The position numbers and the translations under genes were made by a program. This document shows, one piece after another, positions 24,749-37,254 of a stretch of DNA of 63,450 nucleotides (position 1 is its first letter; each line of letters begins with the position of its first letter). The DNA lies in assembly GCA_001938485.1 (NCBI GenBank), contig MQRK01236233.1:15977-79426 (forward strand). The letters are read 5' to 3'. Below the pieces are notes generated by a model. It was not told the origin of the DNA, made no database searches, and saw nothing but the letters and a program-made list of their open reading frames with translations. This DNA comes from Girardia tigrina (taxonomy: Eukaryota).

Positions 24749-25713
24749 GGAAGATTCAAATTAATGAATCAATTAATTATAAATATTTGTATGTATAAAA
24801 ATTTCAGTTTTTGTCATTATCTGACATTTTCTTTTGAAATTAGATAAATCATAAAAAGTTAAAACTTATTATTGAATAAATTCTAAATTTTTCTCAAAAA
24901 ACTATTTATATATTGAAAAAATTGCAGTATTCTTTTACTGCATCAATTGTAATTATTTGTAATTGAAATAATAATAAAATTTTTAAAAGGTGAATTGAGT
25001 TTTGGTTTTTGCATTGAATTTGAAATCGAAAATTTGAAAACAAAATTTAAAAATGGTTAACTATTTTGGTAGCAGATCGTGTTTGGACTTAAAATGGGAA
25101 TCGTCAGCAATTGATTTTGGATGATCGATCGAGAGTATCACCGATCAATTCCTCGTCCGGCGACTATGCGGAGGATTTGGTGAATTGTTCTTTCCTTAGT
25201 CGTGGTCTGGGAAGTAAGTCATGTTTTGGTGCTGGAGATCGGCTGTCGATGTTGCTCAAGGAGTGTGGCCGCAATATTTGAACATACGGAGAGGAAAATA
25301 ATCGATTTGAAATGGGAGAAATTAAATTAAAATTTGTGGATTCAGTTAATGGAAATGATCCTTTTGAATGTCATTTGCAATTGGATTATGACGATTGCGT
25401 CGCAAGGCTAGTTAAATTGACCGAATCACTAGGAATTCTTTCTGAAAAACTAAATTCGATTTTTTTGAAAGTGAGAAAGATATTCGTGAGATTTGTTAAA
25501 AAGGCGATATTAAAGATGATTTTAAAGAGTTGGAAAATTGTGAAACTCTTGATACTCTTGATGGATTGAGAACATACCTCTGTGAATTTTCCATGGAATC
25601 TCAATTTGAAAACGATTATTATAAAACTGGAATGGAGTGTAGAAAAGAACTTAATCAAATATCCAATGATTCAAACCAACTGAAATCAAAAATTACGAAT
25701 CTAAACGACTTTA
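24749..25713 (+). mobile_element. Truncated copy of the Ubl-Gag BEL/Pao element (5' region, PBS, leader, N-terminal ORF)
   Basis: Inverted homology to 50843-51799, with a shared MGEIKLKFVDSVN ORF. Confidence 0.85.
25067..25084 (+). promoter_or_regulatory. Primer-binding site complementary to initiator tRNA-Met
   Basis: TGGTAGCAGATCGTG is complementary to the ...TCTGCTACCA 3' end of eukaryotic tRNAi-Met. The same sequence occurs at 51465-51479 (-). Confidence 0.65.
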
Positions 25714-25938
25714 TATCATTCATTGACATCAAATTTGATAGTAATTATTATAAAGTATATATACAATTATAGAAGAATATATAGGAGGCTGGTTTATGAA
25801 GCTGAAAGGATGCTCGAGTGACAAAGAGAAGTCTAACTCCCAAGCTATTTTTTTGTAAATTGCTCCAGAGAATCAAAGAAAATCATTTTTCTCTATTTAT
25901 AATTTGTGTACAGATTAGCAGTGGAAACAGTGTCTTTT

Positions 25939-26123
25939 CAGGGCTGCGGAGTAGGACTAAAATTACCCGACTCCGACTCCAACTTCGACTCAGCCTTCGT
26001 CTCCGACTCCTTTTTAGGTCAATTTATAATATTTGTTATTATATTGGTCGAAGTCGATTTTCATGACTCTGACTCCAATTCCGACTTCCTCAAAAATCTT
26101 TAAACTCCGACTCCACAGCCCTA
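25939..26123. mobile_element. hAT-type MITE with (GACTCC)n subterminal repeats
   Basis: TIR cagggctgcggagt / actccacagcccta, with imperfect TSD gtctttt / gtttttt. Confidence 0.75.
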
Positions 26124-27591
26124 GTTTTTTAGGTATGAAAATAGGTTTTGTGTGTGGGAAAAGGAAGAAAGATAAATATGGCGGATACTTGATAATGAAA
26201 TAAATACTGCGGAATGTATTCGAAGTATTCGAAAAAAAATTTCTAACTTGGTCATAATCTGTGGAAGTTAAAAGTATTTAAAGGTTTGAAAGCTTCAAAA
26301 TTTGTGAACAAACAATCGGCAGTAACTTTATATAAAAATTTTAAGTGATTGTTTGATTAACACATCAAGAAACTATTTTATGGGTACTCAGGTTGATTAC
26401 TTGTCTTCTAGGACGAATTTGCTCCATGTTACCGCACTGTGAGGAATATTTTAAATTTGGTATGTTGAAATTGGTTTGTTGAATTTTGTATGTTGATAGA
26501 GAAAACTAAGGAAATTGGTTTATCAGAAAAATTGAGTTTAAAACAAAAGAAAAAAAAGCATAAAGCATACAATATTAAAATTGAAAAAAGTGACAAGAAT
26601 CTCTATTAGATTTTATATTAGCAATAAATTTTCAGTTAACCAAGATGGTTATTGATCTCGTTGGAAAAAAATAATCGGTGTTATGTAAAGAAGTGACCGA
26701 GAGAACATTTTTCAACATTTACAGTTAGCTGAAGAATTTGTCAACGATTTTTAAAAGAAAAAACAAGACGTGTATGAAATGTCAACAAATTCATGTTCGT
26801 GATTTAAGTATAGAAATGTTTTTTAAATGAAAAGTTGTGCAAATATAATTTCCAGAGCAAAATAATTTGTTAAATATTTTCGGAGCATAAATGATGTTTG
26901 ATTATTATCGACTTCCACATCTAGGAGTAAATAGAAAACGTATACGAATTGCAAAAACTTTTATTAAATTGTATATTTTTGTCATCCATCGTAAAATAAT
27001 TCTTAACCCGCTGTGATAGAAATTTGTATATTTAAAATCAGTAGATTTAATTTTAATCATCTCTTTCATCAATAACTGTTATAATTAAAACAATGTATTA
27101 TGAAACTACTTTAATTACATTTTCATTAGTCTCTTAACGGAGATACTCTACAACATTTAGGGAGTTTTTTTCTCTACGAAGCCGCACATTTCTGCATATG
27201 AAATCTATAAATTCATTTCTTCTAAAATTCTTAAGGATTAAAATTAGTAAAACACTCTTAATTATTTATTAATCATGAGTAAATTTTGTATTTTAGTTCT
27301 GAATATTAATTTTTTTATGAATACTTATTATATTAGCGTTTGTATACCGCGCGTCTTTCAGAAAAATACTCTAATTTAAAACTTTTTCAATAATCTGCGG
27401 ATAATGTACATTTTCTTTCTGTTTAGGAATTTAAAATAATCGTGTTTCATTATGAATTCACTTTTTGGAGTTGTTGAAACATGAAAATAACGGAATGACC
27501 TTTTAGACATGTTTTGCGTGAATTAAAGTACATGTTCTCATTTGTAAATGCAATTATTAATAAATGAAGGCATTTAAATAATTTTAAATAA

Positions 27592-28235
27592 GTACTGTAA
27601 AATCTCGTGTTTTCCCCCACCCCCATATTCTTCTAAAAAATCTGAAATAATTGATGAATAAAAGGAATTATATAATAATAAGACGTATTTTTGATAAAAT
27701 ATAGTATCTGAGTCAGTTTAAATTAAATTTTACAAAACATTTTAAATTTAATTTTGAGGAATAGTAATCTCCCATGGGGGATTACAAGAGGTTTCACAGT
27801 ACAGTAGATTCGTTTTATGCGATATATACGTTCCGCATGAACAACATAAAGAACCACATAAAAAAGGTACTAATTCTATAGTAAAACCATATATAGGTTC
27901 CAAATTTCTAAGAACCGCATAAATATGATATAATGCGATAAATCACATAAAATGGGTACTAATTCCAATAGTAAAAAAGATATAATTTCTGCAGTTGATA
28001 TTTCTTCCGGTAGGCTTTTCCTTTACTGCATTCTGGCCAAATTTTTTCCAGTAATCATTTGAAGTTTTTCGTTTTATAGCTTTAACAGCCAAATCAACAT
28101 GATTTATGCAATCCAAAATCGAAAATTTTTTCCAGACATCCATAACTGTCATCTCTTCATTCTCTTTCTTGTCTAAAATGTGCTGAAATGTCCACTTTAC
28201 ATGTTTTTTTTCAAATTACAGATGATACCCTGATG
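27592..28235 (-). mobile_element. Small TA-flanked MITE followed by a Tigger/pogo transposase fragment
   Basis: Inverted ends tactgtaaaatctcgtg...cccca / tggggg...tttcacagta. VMDVWKKFSILDCINHV...YWKK is TIGD1-like. Confidence 0.6.
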
Positions 28236-29759
28236 GTTGAAAAATGCTGAAAAATATCAAATGAAAGTGGCTGTAGTGAACATGTTGTTTATTTAAAAGT
28301 TTTTCTAAAAATATTAAAATATATTATAATGTTAAAAAGAATTACTTGTGTTTTCTATAAATATAGGTAACGACAAAAGTTAAGAACTGTGAGGAATATT
28401 TTGAATCATACAGTGTATGTTGATTTTGGTATTGTGTATCTCATACACAGAAGGTGAATTGATATTTTTGAACGTTTAATGATTAAAAATATTTGAACAG
28501 AACTCTAAAATTTCAAATCTTGATTTATAGGTTCTAAAAAAATTAACTTTTTAAAAATTAACTTTTATTCTTGAATTTATTCTTCTAAACTCAAAACACT
28601 TGCATCAATCTATCAATTGTAAATTTATCTTTTATCTTAAAAACCAGATGTATTTTCATATTTCTTTGGTTTTAACCTTTAAAATGATCATTTGTAAGGC
28701 ACCAATGTGCGCTATGTATTTCATTACTTTATGTCGCCAATTTTGGTAAAATCAATTAAATTTATTTGCAGTAAACATTAGCTTCCTATATGTTTTCAAT
28801 AACAATAGACCAACACGTATAGCTTTTGTCTCCCATTCCAGACAACAATAATGTCTATCTTTTTTGGTAATATTTGGTATTAACTAATAATTATATTAAT
28901 TCGACTAGTGTTTGTAAATTTCGTATATTCTATAATAAATGAATTAATAATTTTAGTTTTAATTAATTATAAATGCAATTGTGTGGATATTTGGGATTTT
29001 TTCTTAACATGTCTGGAATATAAATTGAAAGATTTAAAACGGTAGGGGGTAGATTAGAGCTTTTTATTTCTGGAACTTGCCCTAACGGCATTGATATCAG
29101 CTGTCATGACAAACATTCATACATCATCCACCACAACTCAGTGATGTGTCAACCTGTCTAGACAAGCAAAGCTGCCTATTGTGAGTGAACTCACTCTGCT
29201 TTGTTACGACACATTACTGATGCGACACGTGTACATCAAGATTCACATCTTATTGAAATTTGACATGGCGATCCTTATTTAACAAATTATTTTATGTAAC
29301 TATTCTCTCTATATTTTTATTGATTATTAAACAATTTTCAATTGATGCTGTCCTATCAAATTGGGAAATTCATTTTTCAATTGGCTGCAATTATCGTTAG
29401 TCGTAATAGGCAGTGGTCGACCATGTTTTTTGGCGGCTTTTGTTTGCTTTTGCTACTATAATTGAAATGTTTATCAGTTTATTCAAAAGTAAAAATTTCA
29501 ATTTAAATATAAAATTGTCTATATTCATTACAAAAATATAAATTGCAAATGGTTTTATAATAGTGCGATAAAGTGTTTATTGTATTACAAAAATTTGACA
29601 ATAAATACTTTAAGCTTGCATTTTTATGTTATAGGATTTATAGTCAGATTAATAAAACTTATATGTGTGACCAAGACCATTTTTCATTAAATCCATTCAC
29701 AAAAATGGTTTCACTATTATGACATCCTCATTGTATTAAGAGAAAGTGATTAATTTATA

Positions 29760-31103
29760 TAGTTGAAAACATTAGATAACAAGTCTCAAAAAACATGCTT
29801 TAAAACTGTGATTCCCGGACTGTTGTACAACTACATTCTCAAATATGTCTATTCTGCATCATAAAACAGACCGTCAAAAATTACTGCTCTGTGGTAAAAT
29901 GGCTTAAATGAGTTCTAAAAGGGTGGACATGAAAATAATACCAGCGAATACTTAAGCAACAAGTTGGTTGGTAGCAAGTACAATTTTCACCTCTGGAATC
30001 AAGAGATATGACTAGCAGTCAGCAAAACGATGGTGGAATATCCTATCCATCATTTACAACTCTACTTCGCATCCTAAAATTTCTAATTTTCAAGCTATAT
30101 ATATATGTGATATTTCTCCCCCGAAACACCGCTTTATTGATCCAGCCAATGGAAAAAGGAGTTCTTCGAAGCGTGAAATATTTTATCAGTATCAGATATG
30201 CAAAAATCTTTTAGATTCCCGAGACACCAATCTTATCCATTAAAATTTCCTCAGTGGCAGACTTATCAAAGCAGAATAACATCCTCCATACTTTTATGAT
30301 GATCCAGAGATCATTAGCACCAGGGAAAGCAGTCCCAAACTGCTTCCGTAAATCTGGCTTTCATATTCATGGCGAGGAGATTAAAAATATAGATGTAGTT
30401 GAAACATTAGATAACAAGTCTCAAAAAACATGCTTTAAAACTGTTATTTCCGGGCTTTTGTACAACTACAGTCTCAAATATGTCTGTTCTGCATCATAAA
30501 ACAGACTGTTAATGAAGACCAGATCAATGAATTCAGTGTGCATGCAGATTACGTTGACATTGATTCGCAGCTCCAATGTCATTAGGATAAAGATTCAACG
30601 ATAATTGTAGCAGTTACTGAGAGGTGACATCAAGAAATTGCTCTGGAATCAGATACCAGCAATGATGAAGAAATAGCTATCACCAAGAAATTGCTCTCGA
30701 ATCAGATACCAGCAATGATGAAGAAATAGCTTTGACAAATCCCTCTATCCTGCTGTCAAATTTGTATGAGATTGAAATATTTCTGGTGTATGGTATATTA
30801 GTCATTTGTCCAAATTTAATATCTCATACTGAGCATAAAGAACAAAACGAGATAATATATTTGTATATAAAGATATACGCACGTTTCTAGTTCATCAAGA
30901 ATATGTGGTTAAATTGATTGTAATTGTGTTATAATGTTAGCAAATAAAATTAAAACTTTTTTGTTTATTATTGTTGTTGTATTTATACTTTTATGATTGC
31001 ATGTAGAAACCTACTATAAATAAAATTTTGTAAAGATTTGTTGCATTGTTAAATAGTGAACACCTGCTTAACATGATAAAAATTCCAGAACTGATGTGAT
31101 CAC
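29760..31103 (+). mobile_element. pogo/Tigger remnant with internal duplications
   Basis: FLPRNTALLIQPMEKGVLRSVK (DDE_1 motif). About 115-bp duplicate at 29760-29875 / 30396-30510, 48-bp near-tandem repeat at 30631-30731, and terminal cacgttaagcgggttccattgta. Confidence 0.7.
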
Positions 31104-31643
31104 GTTAAGCGGGTTCCATTGTATGTTCAGAATGTTTTTCATTAATAAATTTGTAGTAACTAGCAATAATTCAAATACTTATAAATTATTTTTAATTCAT
31201 TAACACCATCACTTGTCTTTAATATTTACTAAAACCAGTAGGATTAAGGTCAAATGAATTAAGGGGTCAAAAGTTATAAAATTGACACTTAGGATTCGGT
31301 AATCAATATTTTTAGGAAAACAGTTTTTCACTTTTGAGTAACTAGTTGAAACATTAAACTTTTCTTCTTTTAGGTAAGTCAATTAACATTTCTTGAAACT
31401 AAAAGAAAAAAGGACTAAATTTTTATCATCCTTCAATGAACAATATTTTGAAAATATTTTATGATATTTATTGTTTTTATTTACTTTTTAACTGTGTAGC
31501 AATTTAAAATATTTGTCACTGTCTCCTCCAATAACGATTACTTATGACCTTATAATTACTTGAAAATTGTTCTTAGTATTTATATAAAAATATAAAACAA
31601 ATTCATTTAGTTTTATATTAAGTTTTTATATAATTTGCCGTAG

Positions 31644-31744
31644 ATTATCAAATAAAGTCCTCGCATCAAGACAGAAAGCCGCGCAAAGAAACCAATGGCT
31701 GATCAAAACAATGTCTCCCGATGAAAGCATCCAAGAAGAGTCTA
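31644..31744 (+). CDS. ADD/hts: Adducin exon: (K)LSNKVLASRQKAAQRNQWLIKTMSPDESIQEES
   Basis: tttgccgtag acceptor and A|gtaata donor. Phase 2 start fits the previous exon. QRNQWL resembles adducin REKTRWLN. Confidence 0.7.
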
Positions 31745-31863
31745 GTAATAATATTTATTATTGAAATTAAATGTGTTAGGATTCATTTAATAACTTTTTA
31801 TTTTAGATTTTAAAATATTTTGTACGATTTTCAACGTCTATTAAAATAGTATGCGTAAAATCG

Positions 31864-31900
<37 letters not shown>

Positions 31901-31967
31901 TATTATGCTTATTATTTATTTTATTATTATTATTATTTNNNNNNNNNNNNNNNNNNNNNNNNNNNNN

Positions 31968-32014
<47 letters not shown>

Positions 32015-32167
32015 TAATATATATATGATGACTTATTAAAATTGAAGTAATTTACAGTTTGATGCCATTAAAAAACTATATTGTTTTATAATTCAATAAA
32101 TACAAATTTAGTTCAATCGAAATAATAAGTTTACTGATTGTAACATTTGTATTAAGTAATTATTATA

Positions 32168-33235
32168 GGTACCACGTTAAAACGTCGAAAAAGAAAATGT
32201 CCAAACGTTAAAACATCGAAAAAAAGTTTTAATAAAACATTAAATGAAATGATGTATTAATAAATAATGATTGTCACTGTCTCCTCCAATAACGATTACT
32301 TATGACCTGAATGAGTGAATGAATAAATAAATTAATGAAATTTCTATATATACTTAAATTATTATTTTGATCACCGAAAATGAAAATTAACTTACTCGTT
32401 ATTGGGTTCGAATTCAGAATTCCCCATATTTATGACACAAAATTTCCTCTTTTATTAAATTTCCATTTTATTTTACATTTTCATTTTAAAACAATCACCT
32501 TTTTAATTAACATTGTCACTTAAATTTTATTTCAATAAAAATACATTTTCAAAAAATAAAATAACTATAGACGCCAAGTGCTGAAGAATAAAGCGAATCA
32601 AGCACTAAGTGGAATCTATTAACCGTTGGATTCGATGCGATAATTGAAGAAAGTCGGCAAAGTGTTGTTGGATTCGTGCCGCGAGCGGCGCTCATTTTTA
32701 CGGGACACTGATGACAAAGATTTTTCGTGGTAGGTCGAAGTTGAGCGAGGAATCGAAATACTTCGGATGGATTTTTGAGAAAACATTTGTGTGATTTTCG
32801 ATTTGATTTTGTTAAACTTTTCACCCGTTGGCTTCTGAGTTGATGGGATTCGTTTTGATTTTAGATTTTGAACGTTCCTTTTTCTCCATTGAATTTTTTT
32901 TATAATCAAGAAATCGAAAAGATTTAGTCGCAAAATAAATACTTTATTTGTAAACAAATTGAATTTTGCATCTTAACGATTGTGTTTTTTAAACAAAATT
33001 ATTTTATCCGTTCCCTTGTCTTTCGGTTCACTCTCAAATTCAATTTAATAAAAAAATATTAGCGATAAAAAATTTGTAATTGATAAAAAAATTTCTTTTT
33101 TTAATAAGGAAAAAAAATTAAATATGAAATGAGAAAGTTTGCTAAATTTTTTTTTGCTAAATATTTTTGGTAATTTGAATTTGATGCAACACTTAAAAAA
33201 TTTAAGACTATTTTTCGATGTTTTAACGTGCCATG
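32168..33235. mobile_element. Non-autonomous TIR element (MULE-like) with GC-richer interior
   Basis: cacgttaaaac(g/a)tcgaaaaa repeated at 32173-32225, and inverted tttttcgatgttttaacgtg at 33211-33230. Confidence 0.5.
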
Positions 33236-34166
33236 TTATTTTATGCTTTACACATAGATTATGATTTTAAATTTACAGTAAAAGTTAAAAATCGCAAGTG
33301 ATAATTAAATATTTACAGTAACATAAATTTTTCAACTTTGCTGCATTCACGACTCTCTCGAGACACCAAGGCAACACAAAAAGAACTACCCAATACGATT
33401 ATCGACGTCCATATGTAAAACGTTTAGTGATAATTTTTATTGTCAAATAAGGCTGGGGAATGTTTCCTCAACTTTTATGTTCTCCCCGGATTTTTACACC
33501 AATTGATCGTTGAAGAATTCACTTATGAACAGTGTTTTCCATGACTGGGATGACTTGGTTTCCGCAATCAAAATTGGATTGTCATTAAGAACAAAAACTT
33601 TTTTACCCAAGAAAAAAGGAAGGAGTAATTGTTGTAGATAGAGACAATGTTCATGAAAAATCATTTTAAAATAAAATTTGTTAAAAGGTACCATAATGTT
33701 TCACCAACCTAATTTATAAAAGAAAAAATAAAATAAATTTATTCAGATAACTTTTTAATGGACATATTCTTTTTCTACCTCATGGAAATCTTATTCGTTG
33801 CAGAAATTAAGGATATCATAAATTGGCTTAATACGTATAATATCGTACATTTACATATCATATATCCTTTTTCACAAGATTATGCTTATTAGTAATAATA
33901 AGTTATTACTATTAGTAAAAGAAGTAGCCGTCAGATAATTATTGTTTCTCTTATTTCTTAATAAATCATTTTCATTACTTTTCTAGCATATATTTCATTT
34001 GCATTCATATCAATCATTATGTATTTTGATATTGTACGTGTCCCATGACGTATATATTAATAACAATCATGAACTGAGAAATCCTATAATATTTCTTAAC
34101 TATTAACAAGATATTCTGCAAATGTTCTGATGTTAAAAATAAATATCAGTGATATATTTACTTCAG

Positions 34167-34317
34167 CCAAACTTTCGCCAATGGGAGATATGCCCAGAAT
34201 CGATGATACTTTTAATGACAGTCTTGAGACTTTACAGTTCGATAATAAATACAATAGTATTTATTCGAGCAATTCTGAAAGTATAAATACTGTTATATCT
34301 ATACATGAGCCGAGTCA
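34167..34317 (+). CDS. ADD/hts: Probable adducin tail exon: (T)KLSPMGDMPRIDDTF...VISIHEPS(Q/H)
   Basis: tttacttcag acceptor. Phase 1 matches the prior exon and the frame is open. ISIHEPSQ resembles adducin IRIENPNQ. Ends at a CA|gtaaaa donor or reads to TAA at 34321. Confidence 0.6.
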
Positions 34318-35064
34318 GTAAAAACTATAAATTTTGTTTTATTGTTTGTGTTATGTTTCAGTTTTGAATTGTCGATATGCTGATTGAATTTAAATTATTT
34401 ATTTCTATAAAATGTTATTGTTTCATTGGACATACATAATTAAACCTGATTGTATATCTTAAATGTTTAATAATTATTCTACTAAATAAGTAATTATGAT
34501 TTTTATAATAAATTTGTTGTTTACTTAAGGGTTCTGATAATAAAATAAATAATTCCCGTCATATATTTTAATAAGATTTAAATAAAAAGATTACCAAATG
34601 ATTTATTTGATAGGGTATATTAAAAATTTTATTTATATTATTCCTATAATTGTGATAGACAAATAAGACTTTGAGAAAAGTTTTTGGATTTATTCGGATT
34701 ATATTTTTTATATATAGGTATTTAAATCATCACAAGTTTTATAAATCTAAATATTTATTTCAGCTAAATTATATAGTGATAACTACATGATTACGGTAAA
34801 TCCATATATTATGGTAATTTACATTTCTAAAAAGGATGTTTCCAATCTAGAAACCACAGGTCATTCGTAAATGCAATGTACACCAATTTTAGAGTGTAGT
34901 AAACTCCATTCTAAATTCTTTTTTTTTTAAATATTTAACATTAGTAATGAAATATTATTTGTAATTTTTCTTAGATTTTTTTTGCATTTTATAGATTAAG
35001 ATGAAGTGTTAAACTATGCATCTATTCAGTTCCAAACTTATTTATAGTATTTAGATTTTTATTT

Positions 35065-35433
35065 ACCGTATTTATCGGACTATAAAACGCGGTTTATATG
35101 AAAAAAATGTATGAAAATTAAAAAAAAATTGGTTAGACTTATACGCGTGTGTGACTTATATAAAAATAAAAACATCAATTTATAAAAACAAAACCAACAA
35201 TTTTATTTTAAGATTATTCGATTTCCCTGAATCCATCAAAATCTTCATCATCTATTATTTCAAATGTTTCGAAAATAATATTAATTTTAATTTAATCATT
35301 TCTTCATTAGCATAATTTAAAATACGTTTTTGATTCAAGTTTCCAGGTCACAAAAATATGCGACTTATATGCTGTTGAATTTAATTTTCAAAATTTAAAA
35401 AAAATGGGATGCGACTTATAGTCCGATAAATAC
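35065..35433. mobile_element. pogo/Tc2-type MITE
   Basis: TIRs ccgtatttatcggactataa / ttatagtccgataaatac, with internal gcgacttata repeats. Confidence 0.7.
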
Positions 35434-37254
35434 ATTAACTTTATCATTAATTTTTAAACATTGTATTAAATTATTCAATAGTTAATTCTAAGTTTCCATT
35501 TACTGCTTACCTATTCATTTCAAACTAGAGAATACTAAAATAAATAATTATTTTAGTGAAAAAATATCAGAAGGAATAATTAAAATTTTTGTCCTTAATT
35601 TTTATTTTAATTTTGATCACCAGGAATACTTTTTCAATATTTGGTTTAGAAAATCGTGTTAAGAATAAAACTTTGTTTTGAAGTGTTTGTAAATGAGCCA
35701 CAAATGGTTTTGCTTGTTATCATGAGATTTCCGCTTAAAATACTGAACATCATCTCACTTCTAAATTTTTACTTTATGAGGGGTTAGTTTAAATTTGCAT
35801 TTCGCCCAATTAGTTCATTATTTTTTTTAATTTGAAAATTTGAAAAAAATAAATTAAAAATTAAAATGTAAAGTAAAAATATCACAAAATTTAAATACTT
35901 ATTTAAAATATGTTTGCAGTCATAAAAATTGAAATATTTTAATAAAAGTTATGAAATAAATTCAAATAAATTTAAAATAGATAATTAATGGTTTAATATT
36001 TTAAGAAATAATTTTTTAATAAAAGGCTTATTGTAAATTTAAATTAATTAGTTTTTATGATAAAGTTTTGTAAAAAATATAAAAATTATTTTAAAATTTA
36101 GCAAATTTTCAAAATTTAATCGAAAAAAAATTTAATAGATTAATTTTGGGCGAAATAATTGAATTAACAAGAAATTTGTTTAAATATATGAATTGTTGAT
36201 CTGAGGAATATTTAGTGTGTGGATGTTTTTTGTGTAGTTTTTGCATGTTTAAATGTTGTGTGTTGATTTGGGATTGTGTCTCTCCTAATCAGATGAATGA
36301 TTAAAATTCAAATTCTTATTATCTGAAACTAATTTATTTAAATTTAGATTTAATATTGAAATTTTTAATTTTTATTATTTTAACTTTTAAATAATTTTAT
36401 TATTTTATTTTTGCAAATTTTTAAATAGTTAAAATCAAATTAATGTTTAAAATGATTATAAAAAGTAATGTTATTTTATCCAATAAAATTTAAATTAAAT
36501 ATTTAAAATAAAATAACTTTCTTTAAGTTAATTCAGATTGTAAGGATGAGTATTAAAACATTGAGTGAGGGAATTAAGTGAAAGTAATTCTATTGATCTT
36601 TATAGAGATGATCAAAATTGTGTTCTGTCAAATGTGTGAGTTCTCTTAACAGTTGATATTAATAAAGATTGTGGTGTTAAATTATGAGTACTGAATTTGA
36701 TAAAAATGAAAGTGGGATAAACGCTATTTACATACTCATTCATATATCACATAATCTTGATGTTCTCCAGTTGTGTATATTTATAACTACAATACTAATT
36801 TTACACTGAAAACAATCAGAAAACATCTTAACGTAAATTTTTTGTACGCCTCAGAAAAAAATGTTTTCGTGAAAACTTATATAGCTTATTGGCCTATCCA
36901 GTGAGGCGATTTCAAATTAAAAATTTATGTCTTATTCTTGAATAAGGTGTTCTATGGACATTAGGATATCACTACATAATTAAGCCCTAATTTTATGACA
37001 TTAATTAGTAATGCCGCCAGAATGCACTGGCAACCACGAGATATAAAAATTGTACTCTTACTAATTTTATTACACTATGATTTATAATTACATTGATTTG
37101 TGTATTCTGTATAACTTAAAACATTAAAAAATTAATAAGATAAATTTAAAATTCCTATTCCGTTGTTTCTATTTCATTTTCATTATTGATGCTATTAATT
37201 ATTTGTTCTTATTTTGTAGAAGTAAATTATGAGGTAAACTAATTTATCTAAATA

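Noticed and set aside
25969-26114. GACTCC repeats as a CRISPR-like array or SD-repeat protein
   Set aside because: Bounded by hAT-type TIRs with no constant repeat-spacer period. These are typical MITE subterminal repeats.
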